This document shows, piece after piece, positions 34,257 through 47,824 of a stretch of DNA of 64,000 nucleotides (the first letter of the stretch is position 1; the number at the start of each line of letters is the position of its first letter). A model generated the notes under the pieces. The model was not told where the DNA came from and searched no databases. It worked only from the letters and a program-made list of their open reading frames with translations. The position numbers and the translations under genes were made by a program. Origin of the DNA: Podarcis liolepis (taxonomy: Eukaryota); NCBI GenBank assembly GCA_965112155.1, contig OZ218100.1. One strand, written 5' to 3'.

Positions 34257-35506
34257 CTGTACAGGAGCTTTGGGAAAGCACAGGTGAAAAATACATTGAG
34301 TTTTTCTTTCTTTGTGTGAATGCCCAAGGGGTGAATGTATGTGGTGTAAATTAGCTGAAGAGGAACAGATTTGGGAGGTAACCTAATTAAAGGAAAATTT
34401 AACTGGGAAGTTTGGAGGTGAACTTACTTGGCTCACCTCAGGGGACACCAGCCTGGAGCCTGTGAGTGCCATGGTGCCCACAAGAGTCTTCATTTGTGCT
34501 CCCATGCAGGGGCCCCAGACTGAATTTACTTTATTTTTAGGCAAGTCTCCAGCCCTGCTAGAAACATAGTTATGAAGCAAAACACGCAGGAACACTCTTT
34601 TAAGGAAAGTCTGTAAAATGAGCAAGCCTGGCTCTCCCACCTGGTCAAGTGTTTTTAGTCAATGTGTGAAGTGATTGATACCAGGCAGTAGGAATCCTGA
34701 GGTCCTAAAGAGCTGCTGCTTCCACTCCCCTTTAATACACTTTTTCCAGCCTACCTCATTTTCTATGCGGAAATTCAACAGGTTAAGCACTCTCTCTAAT
34801 TTTGTGTGAGGCCATGCTCCCCATGGCAGCCATTTTGTGCTTTGTTCACACCCCTAAGGCAGCCATCTTATGACAGAACCCTTTCAAAATTCAAAATGTG
34901 TTTCTTGGTCCAAAAAGGAAGGCAACTCCTGTTCTTCTTTATACTTAGGTTCTGGTTTTGGGTAAGTCACTCATCTCTCAGCTTCAGTCATTCACCTTCT
35001 TTAAAATGGTTTGTGCAGCAACAAATGTGAGATCACAGAAGTAGTCTGGTGTTTAAGACAAACTTTCTGCCTGATATTTTCTTTCAAGCCTTGGGCAAAT
35101 CACTGATCTCCATTTGGTCTAGCACTCTTGTTGCAAACATTGGTCAGTGCGAAGCTTATAAACAGGTCGTGAAAGGAACAAATTCCCCTGCTGTTTGTCC
35201 CCAGCACCCAGTATTCACTGAGTGTACTCAGTGAGTATACAATTCAGAAGTATACTATTTGAGAACATGAAGGTTCCATTTAGCTATCATGGCTAATAAG
35301 AGGAGCTTTCTAGGGTAGGGAACAGGAAAGAGCAACTTTGAGTGGGCCGAACTGCAGGAAAATATGGTAGGAATTGTTTAGCAGTTGGTGGGACATGTAG
35401 CACCCTCATGTTTTGGTAGCAGAGCTGCCCCTCATAGTGTGTGCCAGATTTCTAGCCAAATTCAGCTGAAAAATGCTATCTTTTCTTAATTCTATATTGT
35501 CTTTAC

Positions 35507-35580
35507 CTTGCTTTAATGCAGCATCAGGCTTTGGTGAAGAATCACTAATCTCTCGAACATCTTTCCTTGGTACGGAAGAG
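35507..35580 (-). CDS. ARID4B: ARID4B exon 10 (74 nt)
   Basis: (tta)n-g|CTCTTCC...CAAG|gtaaag; SSVPRKDVREISDSSPKPDAALKQ; phases 2 and 1 fit the neighbouring exons. Confidence 0.93.
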
Positions 35581-35581
35581 C

Positions 35582-35610
35582 TAATAATAATAATAATAAT
35601 AATAATAATA
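35582..35610. repeat. (TAA)9 microsatellite abutting the exon 10 acceptor
   Basis: Direct reading of the sequence. Confidence 0.97.
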
Positions 35611-36578
35611 CAGTATTACAAAACTTTTAAAACAAAAAATTTAAAATACCTTAATAACAAATCATTCTTTCCATCCATGGATCAAACATACCATCCTGGT
35701 ATTTTCAAAAAACCCAGGTCCATAACCATTATAATTAAGATAAACCTTGTCTGCTGTTATTATGTTCATTTAGCAAGAGTATCAAGAAGGTACTGATTCC
35801 TGGGTCCATTACCAGAGCAGATTTAATTCTGTGCAAGAGCTTTCAATCCAAGCTTTCTGTGAGAGGAAAGCAGTGGGAACAGACAATTGTATCCATGGCA
35901 GCTGCTTAACAGTGCAATCCTTACAAAAACCCTGCCTTCTTGTGTCAAGCAAGAAGACAAACAGGAGATGGGTGAGTAGTTCACACCTCTCAAAAAATGG
36001 CTCCTCAGTCCTGCCTTCCAGAGGCAGGACCTAACCCACCTAGGAATGTCTGCCTCTCAGTGAAGGGAGAAAAATGGCTTTATAAAAGGAGACAAGACTG
36101 ACATTTCCTTGTTGATACTTTCTTAAAGAAAAGAAATTCTTCTCAAGTGAAAAAGTGGCATGAATCAGGTCAGAAATGGGCCCGTCATTTACACTATTTT
36201 GAAGCCAGCTGAAATAATACTGTGTTACTGTGATTTACACTGATACACAGGCATGTTAACCAAATCAAGAACATATTTAGAAATTGTCCATCACAAAAAC
36301 AAACTTTGACATATAGAACAAGTATGTAAAGTGGCCACCCTTTGACTTATACAGCTGCACAAAATTGCAACCTGATTCCTAACACATATGCTAGGCACTC
36401 TATGTAAGTGACATGAATGGGGTGGAAGGTAGAATGAACAGTTGGTTTGTGTTTCCTGTCCCTCCCTCTTACTGGCATTTAAAAATAAAGCCCAATATAT
36501 GTCATGTCAGTGAGTAGAAATGACAGATTGTATTAGCTAGTTGGTATAAATAATGACACTGGAAATATTTCTACTCAC

Positions 36579-36658
36579 AATTTGCCATCCTTGAAAGAAC
36601 GAACCAGAATGTTATCCTTTTTGACTGCAATTTCATCACTGCAGTCTGGACAAACCAC
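36579..36658 (-). CDS. ARID4B: ARID4B exon 9 (80 nt)
   Basis: ttatgcag|GTGGTT...AAATT|gtgagt; VVCPDCSDEIAVKKDNILVRSFKDGK(F). Confidence 0.96.
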
Positions 36659-38413
36659 CTGCATAAAAAGAAAGTAAATACTTAAAATATTTAATATCAA
36701 TATTTGGTACCATTCTGAGATATTTCAACGAAGATACTTTTTGTTCATATTCTAGAGTTCAAAAAATTGGTCACAGAGGTGACTGGCAGCCCCTGTCATG
36801 GATGCTCAGCACACACAAAAATCCTGCCCAGAGTTCTCTGAAAACTTCAGGGAACTTGTGGGAAGGCTGCCTTCCATTGTGCCATGCATGAAAAACAAGG
36901 CTTTCCTCCTCTCCAAGTGTTCTAACCTATGCAGAGAATTCAGGGGAGGGGAGACGATGTTGTCTTATTTTGCAGTGGGCTTTGAAGAAACAGAAGCAAC
37001 AAGGAGGACAGGACTTGCATTCTACCTTCTCCTTAAGTCCAGCACTGAGTGAGATAAAAGGCACACACACATTTGCCTGAGCCCTTTCATCTCATTTCCC
37101 ACAGAGCTTCAGAGAAAGAAGCGATGCTCCTTTACACTGCTTCCTCAGTGTCTGGTGCAGAAGTGAGGGAAGGCAGAAGCCCCTTGCTGCCTATGCTTCT
37201 GAAAAGCCCAGCAGCAATTGAGATACCAACCTTTCCTCTCTTCAGAGTCTTCTAGTGGACGGTGGGTTAGTAAGCTAGGAAAAAATTTGTGGACCCCTTT
37301 TCACTACTGATTTCACAAAGAGTTTAAATTGCTCAGCAACTTCAGCCAAATATAATCACCTACATCATATGAATTAAGCCACTTGCTAAATTACCTTCCC
37401 TATTTAAAACTGGCACATTGCTTCTAAGATCTTTGATTTGCCTTATTTCAGTTTCTAAAAATGTGACCTTATGGTGCTTTTGGCTAAGTCACAATCTTCC
37501 ATTAGAAGCACGAACCTAATGCAACCTTCTTCTAGAACATTATCAAGTAATATTTCATGCTTCAGCCATTCTTTTATAATGGATGTGACATGTGCATTGC
37601 TTCTGAAAGCCAAAACAATAAATTAAAAATAATGATGATTTATTTAATGTCAACTGTACAGTTTAGGATCTCATTTACAGTTCTGCAAATATTCATTAAA
37701 ATTTATGAACAAGTTTTCTACCTGCGACCACTTATATGCTTGTAATTAATGTGACAAGATTTACACAATTTTGGGGGGAGGGGGCATTTTATTTTAAAAA
37801 TGTTAATATTCTCAATAAGTAAGTGTAAAAAGAAGTCCATGCAGCAAAAGGATTGATAAAAACATTCCTGACTCAGGGTCAATCTAGTCTAGCCTGTTTT
37901 CCCAACCTTGGCTAGCCAAATGCTTTCAGGAAGCCCACAGGGAGGGAATGAAAAAAGTAGCCCACTGCTGCTGTTTCTCCCTAGCAACTGGTACACCACT
38001 TCAGAATACAGATCCAGCAATCTGTATGTTTTGCAGCATAAAATAAGAACAATACAGCAGCTTTTGCCTTTGACCTTCTTATGAAATTGGAAGCTGGACT
38101 AATAGCATGGAAAATAATAGGGACCATAAAATAGGTAAAAAGAAAAGAAGCAGTGCTCTGTTTTACATTTTTTTTTAAAATTCTGCTTTATTGTATACAG
38201 ACTGACTTGGCACTTATGTGTTATTAAACTGCACAGTTTTTACAATATGTGCACTTTATGAAGTTACTGCCCTAGAATTGTAGAGAGTAAGACTATTCTA
38301 ACCTTGTTTAACGTGGTGGTTTTAAATTATGAAAGAGGAATATCTCAATTTTTAGGTACTTTTCTCTCTCTTCAAAATAAAGCTATTAAACAATATAAAA
38401 TTGAAACACTTAC

Positions 38414-38552
38414 CAAAGCTGGGAACCAGAGGTTTTTCTTTTTATCCACACTAACGTAGTCTACACAAACAACTTTTCCTAACAGTTCATCAGTTTGTTT
38501 TCTGTCATCTTCATCTTCATCACTTGAGGATGAGGAAGATTCTTCTTCTGGG
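38414..38552 (-). CDS. ARID4B: ARID4B exon 8 (139 nt)
   Basis: ccttatag|CCCAGA...GCTTTG|gtaagt; PEEESSSSSSDEDEDDRKQTDELLGKVVCVDYVSVDKKKNLWFPAL. Confidence 0.96.
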
Positions 38553-40328
38553 CTATAAGGAAAAGAGCTCCAAGTTAAATTGTGCTATATAGTTCAGAAT
38601 TTTGATTAGGGTCAAACTACAAATGAACTTTAGCTTGGATTTTGGGAAGTGGGGACTGCGATAGGGTCCATCCCTTTCACTCTCACTTTTCATTCTTTCC
38701 CAACCCCCAACAGTGGTGGTACAGTGATAGCAGTCTCCCAGGGGCGTGAAAGTAGTCTTCCATGCTGGTAGCCACCATGTTCCTCATAATGCCCTTGGAA
38801 TGACACAACATCACATAGTATTATTCTGAGGGGAATTGCGAGCAAGTAACAAATGGTAGCCACCAGTTTTTAAATCCCCATGTGAAGGATGAATTCACAT
38901 ATGATGGTCAGCCTTCTAGTGACTCAGAAACCAATCAGGGCTGGGTGGATTGTCATCCAATCAGTTAATAGTCAGAACCTGACAGTTTAACTGGGTAACC
39001 ATTTGAGGCAAGTAACTGGACAAAATACGTATGTCATAATTATTGGAAATAAAGGAATCAGTCTTGTTCCCAAAGCTATGCAAGTCTCACTAAGAATCCT
39101 GATACAAACAAAGTAGCAAGTGAAAGAAAAACCTGTTGATTTCAAGCTGTATTAAAACCAACTACAAATACATTGTGTCTGCATATGAGAGGAGAGTACA
39201 GACGAAACAAAACTTTAGCAGTACTATTAACAAAAACCAAGATTAGTCAAGAATAAGCCATTATCGAAGTGCTTGTATTCATGGTGCACTTGGCAAGGAT
39301 TCTTCAGTGGAAAGGTTTCTGATACATCTTTGCAACTTTTTGAAAAAAGATACAAACAGTGTTTTGCCATATGCAAACACACACAAAAAGAAATATATAT
39401 TCTGATATAGGTGCTTCATTACATTTGCATTTATGTCTCTATTTCAATGTTTGATCTGCTGAGTTAAAATTCAGAGAACAGCATCTCTGTCACCTATGCC
39501 CCCCATAACCTATATCCATAACATGGTACCAATGACTACCCCCACTTTTTTCTGAATGTGTGCATATAGTATACAACAAAAAATATTTAAATAAAGAACA
39601 GCAGCAAGATCCAATACCCATATCCGGTAGTACAAGTAAGCATGGCAGACTTGAGTAGCCTCTCTTCAGCCCACTACTAAATACAAGGGGAAAGTTGTAC
39701 TTACACTAGGAGTTCAAGGCTGATTCTACCTTACAACTACCAGCACGTGAAGCCAACCTCCAAAAATAACAAACAGTCGATTCAGGACTGTCTAAAAAGT
39801 ACCTCCTTATATAGACATATCTTACTTCTGACCGGGCATTCACTGCCACGGTATCTAATGATGGCCACTGGCTTAGATATAATTTTAAAATGAGGAACTC
39901 ATGCAAGATCTTTTTACAAATGGCCAAACTTCTAGGTTCAGAAGCACTATGCCTCTGAGAACTAGTCACTAGGAAACAGGAAAATAGTTTTGTTGTGTTT
40001 ATGCCCTTTTTGTGTGTTACGCTGAAGCACCTTATTGTCCACTGTGGGAAAGAGGATGCTGGACAAGATAGGCCTTTACTCTAACCCAGTAGGATTCTTC
40101 TTATGTCACTCTAAGATACACTGGGCCAGCTGTGGCCTTGTCCCACGCCATTAACAAATTTGTCTGGGTTTTTTTAATAGCCCTTATGTCCTGCTTCCAA
40201 TACACATTGGGCCACATAACAGCACTTTCAGTTTAAATTATGTGGTACATTTCTACCAACTTCAAACTACCTGCTGAAAATTAAGATAATAACAAATCAA
40301 CAAAAAATGACAAACAAAAACAACTTAC

Positions 40329-40420
40329 ATGTGATTTGATCTCCTTCCTCTATTTGTTTTCTTTCCTATGACAGGAGTCCCAAAATGTTCAGGGTTGGTA
40401 AGTGGGAGCTGATCTAGTGT
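40329..40420 (-). CDS. ARID4B: ARID4B exon 7 (92 nt)
   Basis: tttcaacag|ACACTA...CACAT|gtaagt; [30 protein letters not shown](I). Confidence 0.96.
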
Positions 40421-41821
40421 CTGTTGAAAAATACATTACATTTATCACCATTTGAACTGACTCAGGAATTTTCATCAACAAAGTATGTCTGAATATTAAT
40501 GAATGCATTACATAGCACTGAAAACTGCAATTAAATTAAATTGAAAAGTGATCTTCTGGAGTAGCCAATGGCTCGGATTATACGTAATGCTAAACCACAG
40601 TTTAGTGCTATATGGACAGGACTCCAATAGCTTGAGAGAAATGCTTCCTTATTTTCCTCCTGCACAGTCAGGAGGAGGACTTCTGCAGAGTATGGGTGTC
40701 CCCCCCTCCCCCCGCAACCAATTTTGGTTTAGCATAATATGTAAAATCATGAATTCTAGTTTAGAACAAACAGTAACTAACTAACTGCCCAACAAGCCAA
40801 CTTCAAACCATGGATTTATTGAGACTGACCAGAATATGTTGTAACCCAAGATTCCAGGCCCAGACATAATGCTAAGCCAAGATTCTTTGAAAGTGAAACT
40901 ACACTTGGCAAAAGTCCTCATGCAGCAGAAGAAGAGACGAGCACACAAGAAGTCTAAACGGAGCATTTGGATGTTAGGCAATTCCAACAAAATTTTGGAA
41001 GTGCCTTCCATAGCACTAGCCTTTTACAAGGTTTTTTTTTCTTTAAAAGTAAATTTTCATTTATGAGTCGCTAGGCAACATACAACAGCAAAAGAAACAA
41101 AATTATAAACAAAGCAATTCAATTATAAAACAATAAAACCAGCCCAGCAATACCTCAGCAATAAGATCCAGTCATAAAATCCAACTCAGCATAAAACAGA
41201 TGTAAACCAGCCACCAGCAACTAATTCAATTAGCATATTGACAAGATTCATCCCCAACAAAAGCTAAAACTGACCAAACTATCATCTCTCTGCAGTGACT
41301 GGAAGAAATGATAAATAACAAATAATAAATGCTGCTAGAAGGCCTGGGAGAACAGAAAAGCTTTTGCCTGGAGTCAAAAGGACATTAATGTAGGCATCAG
41401 GTGAGGCTCTCTAGGAAGAGCATGCCAGAGATTGGAAGGAGCAGCACTGAACAATATAATCTGCCTATCAAAATACCTAACATTTGGACACAAATGTGTA
41501 AGTACAGTCATTCCTGTTTTCTCTCCCCCACACCCTCTATTTAACTTTTGATTCTACAGCACCAAGATATAGTACTCTCAATGGCAACAGCTGCCCTCTG
41601 TAGCAGGATGAAGAACCATCAAGAGGAAATCATTAGAGAGCAAATAAGAGCAGGGTTGTAGGGATACAATGCACCTAGGGATCCATCTTGGAGAAATTTT
41701 AAAGTATCTGCTTCTCACTATGCTAAATAGCAGCAACATCCTTTTTTTAAATCACTCTTGCAGCAGAAATTCCAAAATATGGCACAAACAGCATTGAATT
41801 AGAGTCTGGGAAGAGATTAAG

Positions 41822-41907
41822 GGCTACACTCATATTCACTCACCTGGAAGTAAGGCTCATTGTACTCAATGGGACTTACTCTTGAGTACACATGCATAAG
41901 TTTGCAC
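41822..41907. mobile_element. ~85-bp hairpin MITE (representative of at least 7 copies in the window)
   Basis: AGTAAGGCTCATTG-TACT-CAATGGGACTTACT core; other copies at about 2124-2209, 24801-24888, 28713-28798, 29981-30057, 31671-31739 and 46695-46770. Confidence 0.7.
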
Positions 41908-42621
41908 TGTGAAGAGCAACAGTTCTCAGTTTGCTTATGCATTTTTTGTTTTTCTGGAGAGGCAGCCACACGTTAGCAATTTTCAGTTGCGAATTCATAG
42001 ACTCTGGAGTTACTTACCAGGTTACCATGGTGTAGAATGGTTTACACAAACACATCAAAGTGTAGAGAGACTATAGCTTAAGAAGTTAACCAGAAATTAA
42101 CTTCTCTCTTGATAGAGCAGTAACTATTATATATGTTTTCACAGCTAATTAAATGCTTGGGTTCCCTGTTATAGAATTTATTTGTCCTGTGGACATGCTG
42201 ATGTTAGCTATTTGTTTTTAGTCTGATTTACATAAGCATGCTTGTATACATTTAACATACACATTATCATCACTGAAAGCAAACATATTTAAGCATATTT
42301 TGTGTTAAAATTTGTATTGTACAAATGGCCCATCTTCTCTGCTCCACTTTCCATTCTACAAAAAACTAATCTGGGAGTAAAAGGTATTTTGGCTTAAGAC
42401 ATGGTAGCATGAGCTTATGACTTCAACAGCAAGGTCTCCTCAATAAGCAGAAATGATTTCTTAGACTCACATCATGATCCATTATTTTCAGAAAGCCATG
42501 TTACTACATTCCTTTAATTGGTGGGATAACATGCCAGATTCCTTCAACATAACTAAATAAAATTCAGAATAGCATGGATCTACAAAAAGAAGCTAATTCT
42601 CATTTAATCAGAAATACTTAC

Positions 42622-42701
42622 TTCACTTTCAGCAAAATGTCTCTCTCCTTTCAGGCAAAGCGAAGAACGTCTAAGAGTTTTTTCATCTCCATCATCAAAT
42701 A
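42622..42701 (-). CDS. ARID4B: ARID4B exon 6 (80 nt)
   Basis: ttaacag|TATTTG...AGTGAA|gtaagt; (V)[26 protein letters not shown]. Confidence 0.96.
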
Positions 42702-44169
42702 CTGTTAACAAACATAAAAAGGAAACACAATTAATCTATTTGTCCAATTACAATTAAAAACAAGCAAATCTTGTCTTATGACTTAAAGTTGATTCAGTAT
42801 AGACCCAAGTACAATTTAAGTCCTATTCACTTAAACAGTAACTAAGAATTAATTATTCCTAAATGTGCTTTGGCATCTACCCAAAGTATGACAGGAATAT
42901 ATTGAACAGAGTGTACAAATTTTAAAAATGTATCTGTGCATGTGCATATATAATTTTTAATTGTATGTTTAATGAAACCAACCCCTTTGCAAGGCATAAT
43001 ACTCTTAAGAGGATTGATCAGTGATAAACTGATGAAGGCCAAGCTATTTATTAAACTAAATCAACAAAGAACTCAAGGCATTCTCTTTCACTTTTAAATA
43101 GGTTTTGCCCATTACTATAAATTCATTGCAATCTATTAGGCATAATTTATGAACTTTCTAAGGACTCAACCATTAGTTATTTGTATAACCAATTGTAGTA
43201 GTAGAGCTTAAAAGAATTAATAGCCTATATTTTTGTGTCATCTGGCAATATCTTTTATAGAATTCAAATTAAGTGACCAGGATCCAAAGGACTACGATTC
43301 ACAGGCTTTTCTGCTCCCTTACTACAATCCTCCTCCTTTCCCCAAAAGCAACTCATGAAAGGTCAAGGGATCCCCTGGAGCACAATTTGACAAGTGGATG
43401 CATCCAGGAAAGATCAGCAACCTGCCTATTTGTGGACAAAAGCACTTTCTGCTTATTCAACAAATTCCCAACCAATATTTATATCATGCACTTAGACAGT
43501 TCTCTAAGAGCACATTCTTCTAAATGACTTGTCAACTTGAAACTGCAATTCCAATTTATAAGATTACAGCATCCAAAATCAAGCCAATGCTCCATGGAGC
43601 CCATAATCCTATTATTTAAACTGGCGTCTAAATACTTCTCTATTTTTAATACATCCTTAAAGGGAGTTACTGAAGCTTAAAGTGTAGATGACACAAAATA
43701 TCACTAATTTATATAAATGCACTATACTTTAACAACATGTTTCTGCATTTTCTACTGTCTTAATGCATTCTGTTTACAAGGTTGACATGTATAACACACT
43801 GAACAGATATTTCATAAGTTGTCCTTGAATAATAGCTGCCTAGACAAAATCAGATTTTGAGAAGAAGAAAAATAAAAATTCGCTTTTCAATGTCCATCAC
43901 TAATAATAATTCCCCATATTAGTCAGTCAAAGCATTAAGATGTACTTTGCCATTCAATATTTCATAAAAGGACAAAATTTTAATAATGGGAAACATTCCA
44001 TATGAAACTCTTGCAATCTTAATTTTTTTGCAATTTTGTACTCTAGGGAATTAGGCTGTGTAGGTATTTTTCTTCTTGAGAGTTTTGCAAAGCAGAACTC
44101 TGGAGATGGCTCAGTAAGGGACAATATTCCAATTTATCAATAAAATACTCAAGAGTTTATTTGTGTGTT

Positions 44170-45350
44170 GCATTATCTTTTTGCAGACATTTATATCACC
44201 GAATAGTATCTGCTAGGTCTAGAGATTGTTCCCCTTTTAGGTACTGAGGGTCCCTTTTTTGTGTACCACAGACTAATTTTGATCAAGGGCCCGCCTTCTC
44301 TTGATGCAGACCTTGAGCGCCCATCTTGATCAGGAGATGATGTGCCTGTAGAAGGTAAGAGAAGTAGAGCAAAGCCAATCCGATCAGCTTGAGTTCCAGA
44401 AGGTTTTATACTCCTGAGATTATGTTCCGCTGAGATGCTCTGGTGATCACAAAATCAATGCTTCCGTGTAGTGGGCCTCCCATGTGCTCAGATCAGCATT
44501 TGTAGTTTAGATGACCCAACTGGATTTCTGGATGAGAAGCTATATATCAAGGGTAACCCTGAAGTCCACCAACCTAACAATTTTTCTACCTTGAGTGGAA
44601 CTGAGATCTCTGAGTTAAGGCTACTGGTCATCTGCAACTATTATTGTTGGTAAGAAGATCTGCTGTCAGCCTTATGCAGACAATGAAGAAAGCATCTCTG
44701 CAACAGCTGATGATCTCCAATTTCAAATTTTTACATGCTTCTTATTGTATATTTGAATAGTTGTTGTAAATTGTATAGATGATGTAAGCCCAGTCAGTAA
44801 GGAGCACAGGGTCTTTATGCAGTATCTGCATGTCTGCAGATGATGAAGGATTCTTTGGAAGTCCAAATTTTAATGTGTTTCCCTTTTCCTGAATATAACC
44901 CCCTGTACTTTGCTTTAGTGAGATGCTAGCTTAATGTCTTTAATGGGGGAAATGCTGGAATGCTGAGGTGATCCTCTGATATTTGGACAATGGACAGGAA
45001 AGAACTTCTGAAATTTCAGGGCATGACATTCTCCACTTCCAACCCTTCCAAACATTTGAGAATCTCAACAGTAATCTCCAACCGTGATTGTGGGCTTGTG
45101 CTGCCACTGCCATCTTGGCTTAGAGTACTCGGAGGGCTGCTTTTAGAAGAACTTAGGACTGAAGTTGTTTGGAGTCTCCTCCTCCACTTTCGGATTGACA
45201 CAGTCTTTTTCTTGTCCTTAGTTTCAATTAGTCCAGCTTCTAGAGAATCTTCAAATACATTTTCTTTCTTGGTCTTGTCTCCCCAGTTACATAGCTGGAG
45301 GATTTTATCTGGCTTGCATGCTGAAGGCCTCTGGAGATCCTCACACACTA
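44170..45350 (-). mobile_element. Highly degenerate L1/Tx1-like LINE remnant (APE endonuclease region)
   Basis: Broken minus-strand frames give QETH-like, IIVA(G)D(FN)-like and DIW-like motifs in the expected order; boundaries approximate. Confidence 0.45.
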
Positions 45351-45392
45351 GTTATCCATCTCTACTGGGGGAAAGTACTGGCCAGGTACTTA

Positions 45393-45560
45393 CCGTATTT
45401 TTTGCACCATAACACTCACTTTTTTCCTCCTAGAAAGTAAGGGGAAATGTCTGTGCGTGTTATGGAGGAAATGCCTACGGGTGGCATGCTTATGGATTTT
45501 CCTCCTCTAAAACTACGTGCGTGTTATGGTCGGGTGCGTGTTATAGAGCGAAAAATACGG
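45393..45560. mobile_element. Tc1/mariner (pogo/Tc2-like) MITE with TA TSD
   Basis: TA|CCGTATTTTTTGCACCATAACACTCAC ... GTGCGTGTTATAGAGCGAAAAATACGG|TA; 27-bp imperfect TIRs. Confidence 0.85.
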
Positions 45561-46185
45561 TATTTATGGTAGAAATGCAGCCTCTAAACAGGGCTTTTAC
45601 AAATCCATTCACCTGGGTAATTATGGTGATAGGCCCTCTCTTCTTTGGTAAAGGGGAGGGTGCTTTTAATTTTTTTACTATTGTTTGAAATGTTGAAATC
45701 AAACTAAAAAAGATGTGTGGAGACAGAGGAAGCCAAGCCAGTCCCCCTGTGGGAGAATGCTCACTCTGTTATCCTATGTATACTAATCCACTGGAGCAAG
45801 AAGGATTGCAGCTTAAAGAGACTGCTGGTGAACATGGAGGGTACAGCTTGATCTTCCCTTTCAATCTTCGGCCTTTTTGCATTCACTCAGTTCTAACATT
45901 TCAAACTATTTTGAACTGCAAAAGACTAAATACCAAAAAGTAATAGAAACAGAAAATAAGAGTGAGGAATAGCATCAAGAGATGCTGGATATTTCTTTCC
46001 TTTTCTTTGGAGGGGTTACTATTTCAGACCAAAAATTAGTCGATGTTTGCACATATTTCTAAGCCATAAGGTTTGGTTGATTAAACAGTACTATGAATGG
46101 GGTGCATGCTCATGCATACAGCCCTAGTGTTCCTATTTTGCTTCTCCCTTCCACAAGTGGATAAACAAACCAATAGGCTATTTTT

Positions 46186-46266
46186 ATTATTATATTATAT
46201 TATATTATAGTATATTGTATTATATTATATTATATTATATTATATTATATTATATTATATTATATT
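46186..46266. repeat. (TATAT)n pentanucleotide microsatellite
   Basis: About 16 units with two interruptions. Confidence 0.95.
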
Positions 46267-47733
46267 CATTTATTATTGCATGCATTCATTGCTTTATACA
46301 AATATAATGAAATGCAAACTAATAAAATCAATTAAAAGCCAAATTTAGGCTTGGTCAGTGCAAAATCTACACCTGGGATCATGGTGTGTTTCAGCCAGAC
46401 AAAACAATTAACTTGAAGGTCATGCTTTGTTGTTGGCATAGCAATCATGGTTTGCTGAGTGAAACAAGCCAGAATCCCAGGTTTGCATGTACGTCTAAGC
46501 TTGACTGTTTGTGCTTTGTTTATCTACTGTAGAAAGAAGGAGTGAAATGGGAACACTAGGGATGTGTGCACTAGCACACAGCTCATGCCTGATTTGTGTG
46601 CAAAAGCAGCCTTTGTAATATTGTTTGCATTTTTAATTATAAGCAAAAGGCTGCACTTCTTACTGAAAAGTCTTCGTTAAACAAATGTTGAATGTATGCA
46701 TGTTTACTCAAAACTAAGAAGTAAGTTCAAGTGGAGCTCACTCTCAAATAAGTACACTTTGCATTGCAGTCTTAAAATCAAATTTGTAAGCTGGAAGCTA
46801 GGCAGTGTTTTACAGGAGAAAGATCAACTGGATTTTTCCTATCCCGCCCTCCATGAATCTGAAAACTTTACTTATAAAAAAATAAATAAAGGAGCAAGGC
46901 TTATGGAAATATTAATTAACTCTGGAAATGCATGCAAATAAGTTTTGCATCTTGAGAAATGTTATCTTTTCTTAGTAGGCATCAATATTAAAGTGATGCA
47001 TATTTGTCATGAAGGCTGTTGGAGGAGGAAACAAATCATCATTCTGAAGTGCCTGAATGAGCATACCAACTAGAACTATAGTTTCATCATTAATTCTAAT
47101 TTAAAATCAACTCCAAAAATGTAGCTCAGAAAAACCTGCATCTAAGAAGCAGGTGCACTGTGATTTCTCATATGTTGTCTTTAGTCTTTTTCAAGGTACC
47201 ACAGGACTCACTGAAAATCAAATGGTCCCTTTTTCTTGCCCCCTCTTTCTTAGACAGAAAATTAATATGAGCATGTTATTAGTCAAATTCTACACTTTCC
47301 CCACATGTTGTGATTGTAAAAGAAAACAGCAGTATAAATACTATTCAATAAAACTGTGTATTTTTGTGTGGCAGGGAACACTCTAAAAATTTCAAAAGGT
47401 GGGGGAGACCCTTTCAAATGTTGTTGAATAATCTCAAACTAAAACTAACCCCCCCACACACACCAATTTGCATAAATCTGCATTATTCTATTTTCTTCTG
47501 CCATATTTTCTTCATTTTCCCCATTCCCATCTCCATGCCTACTGCCTGTTGTTGTCAAGCAGCAAGTCCAAGAATATTCTTAAGAAGCCATATATAGATT
47601 TCAATTAAAGAAAACACTCACTAAATATAAAAAACAAGAACTCAATTTCACTACTTATTATGGAAGAAAAAACACATATTTTTCCTGACCTGTAATTTTT
47701 GGATTGGTGAAAAATGGAGTTGCATTTCCTTAC

Positions 47734-47824
47734 CTACAGTGTACCAACTAGCATCTGTTAATTTGTTGATGACAGCCTCCTGATATGTTCCATCTGGATT
47801 CCTTACTTCCACCACAGTTCCTAC
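47734..47824 (-). CDS. ARID4B: ARID4B exon 5 (91 nt)
   Basis: ttttag|GTAGGA...GTAG|gtaagg; [30 protein letters not shown]. Confidence 0.96.

Noticed and set aside
46980-47100. Intronic C/D-box snoRNA (two sense ATGATGA/ATGATT motifs)
   Set aside because: No properly spaced D box (CTGA) with a terminal stem was found.
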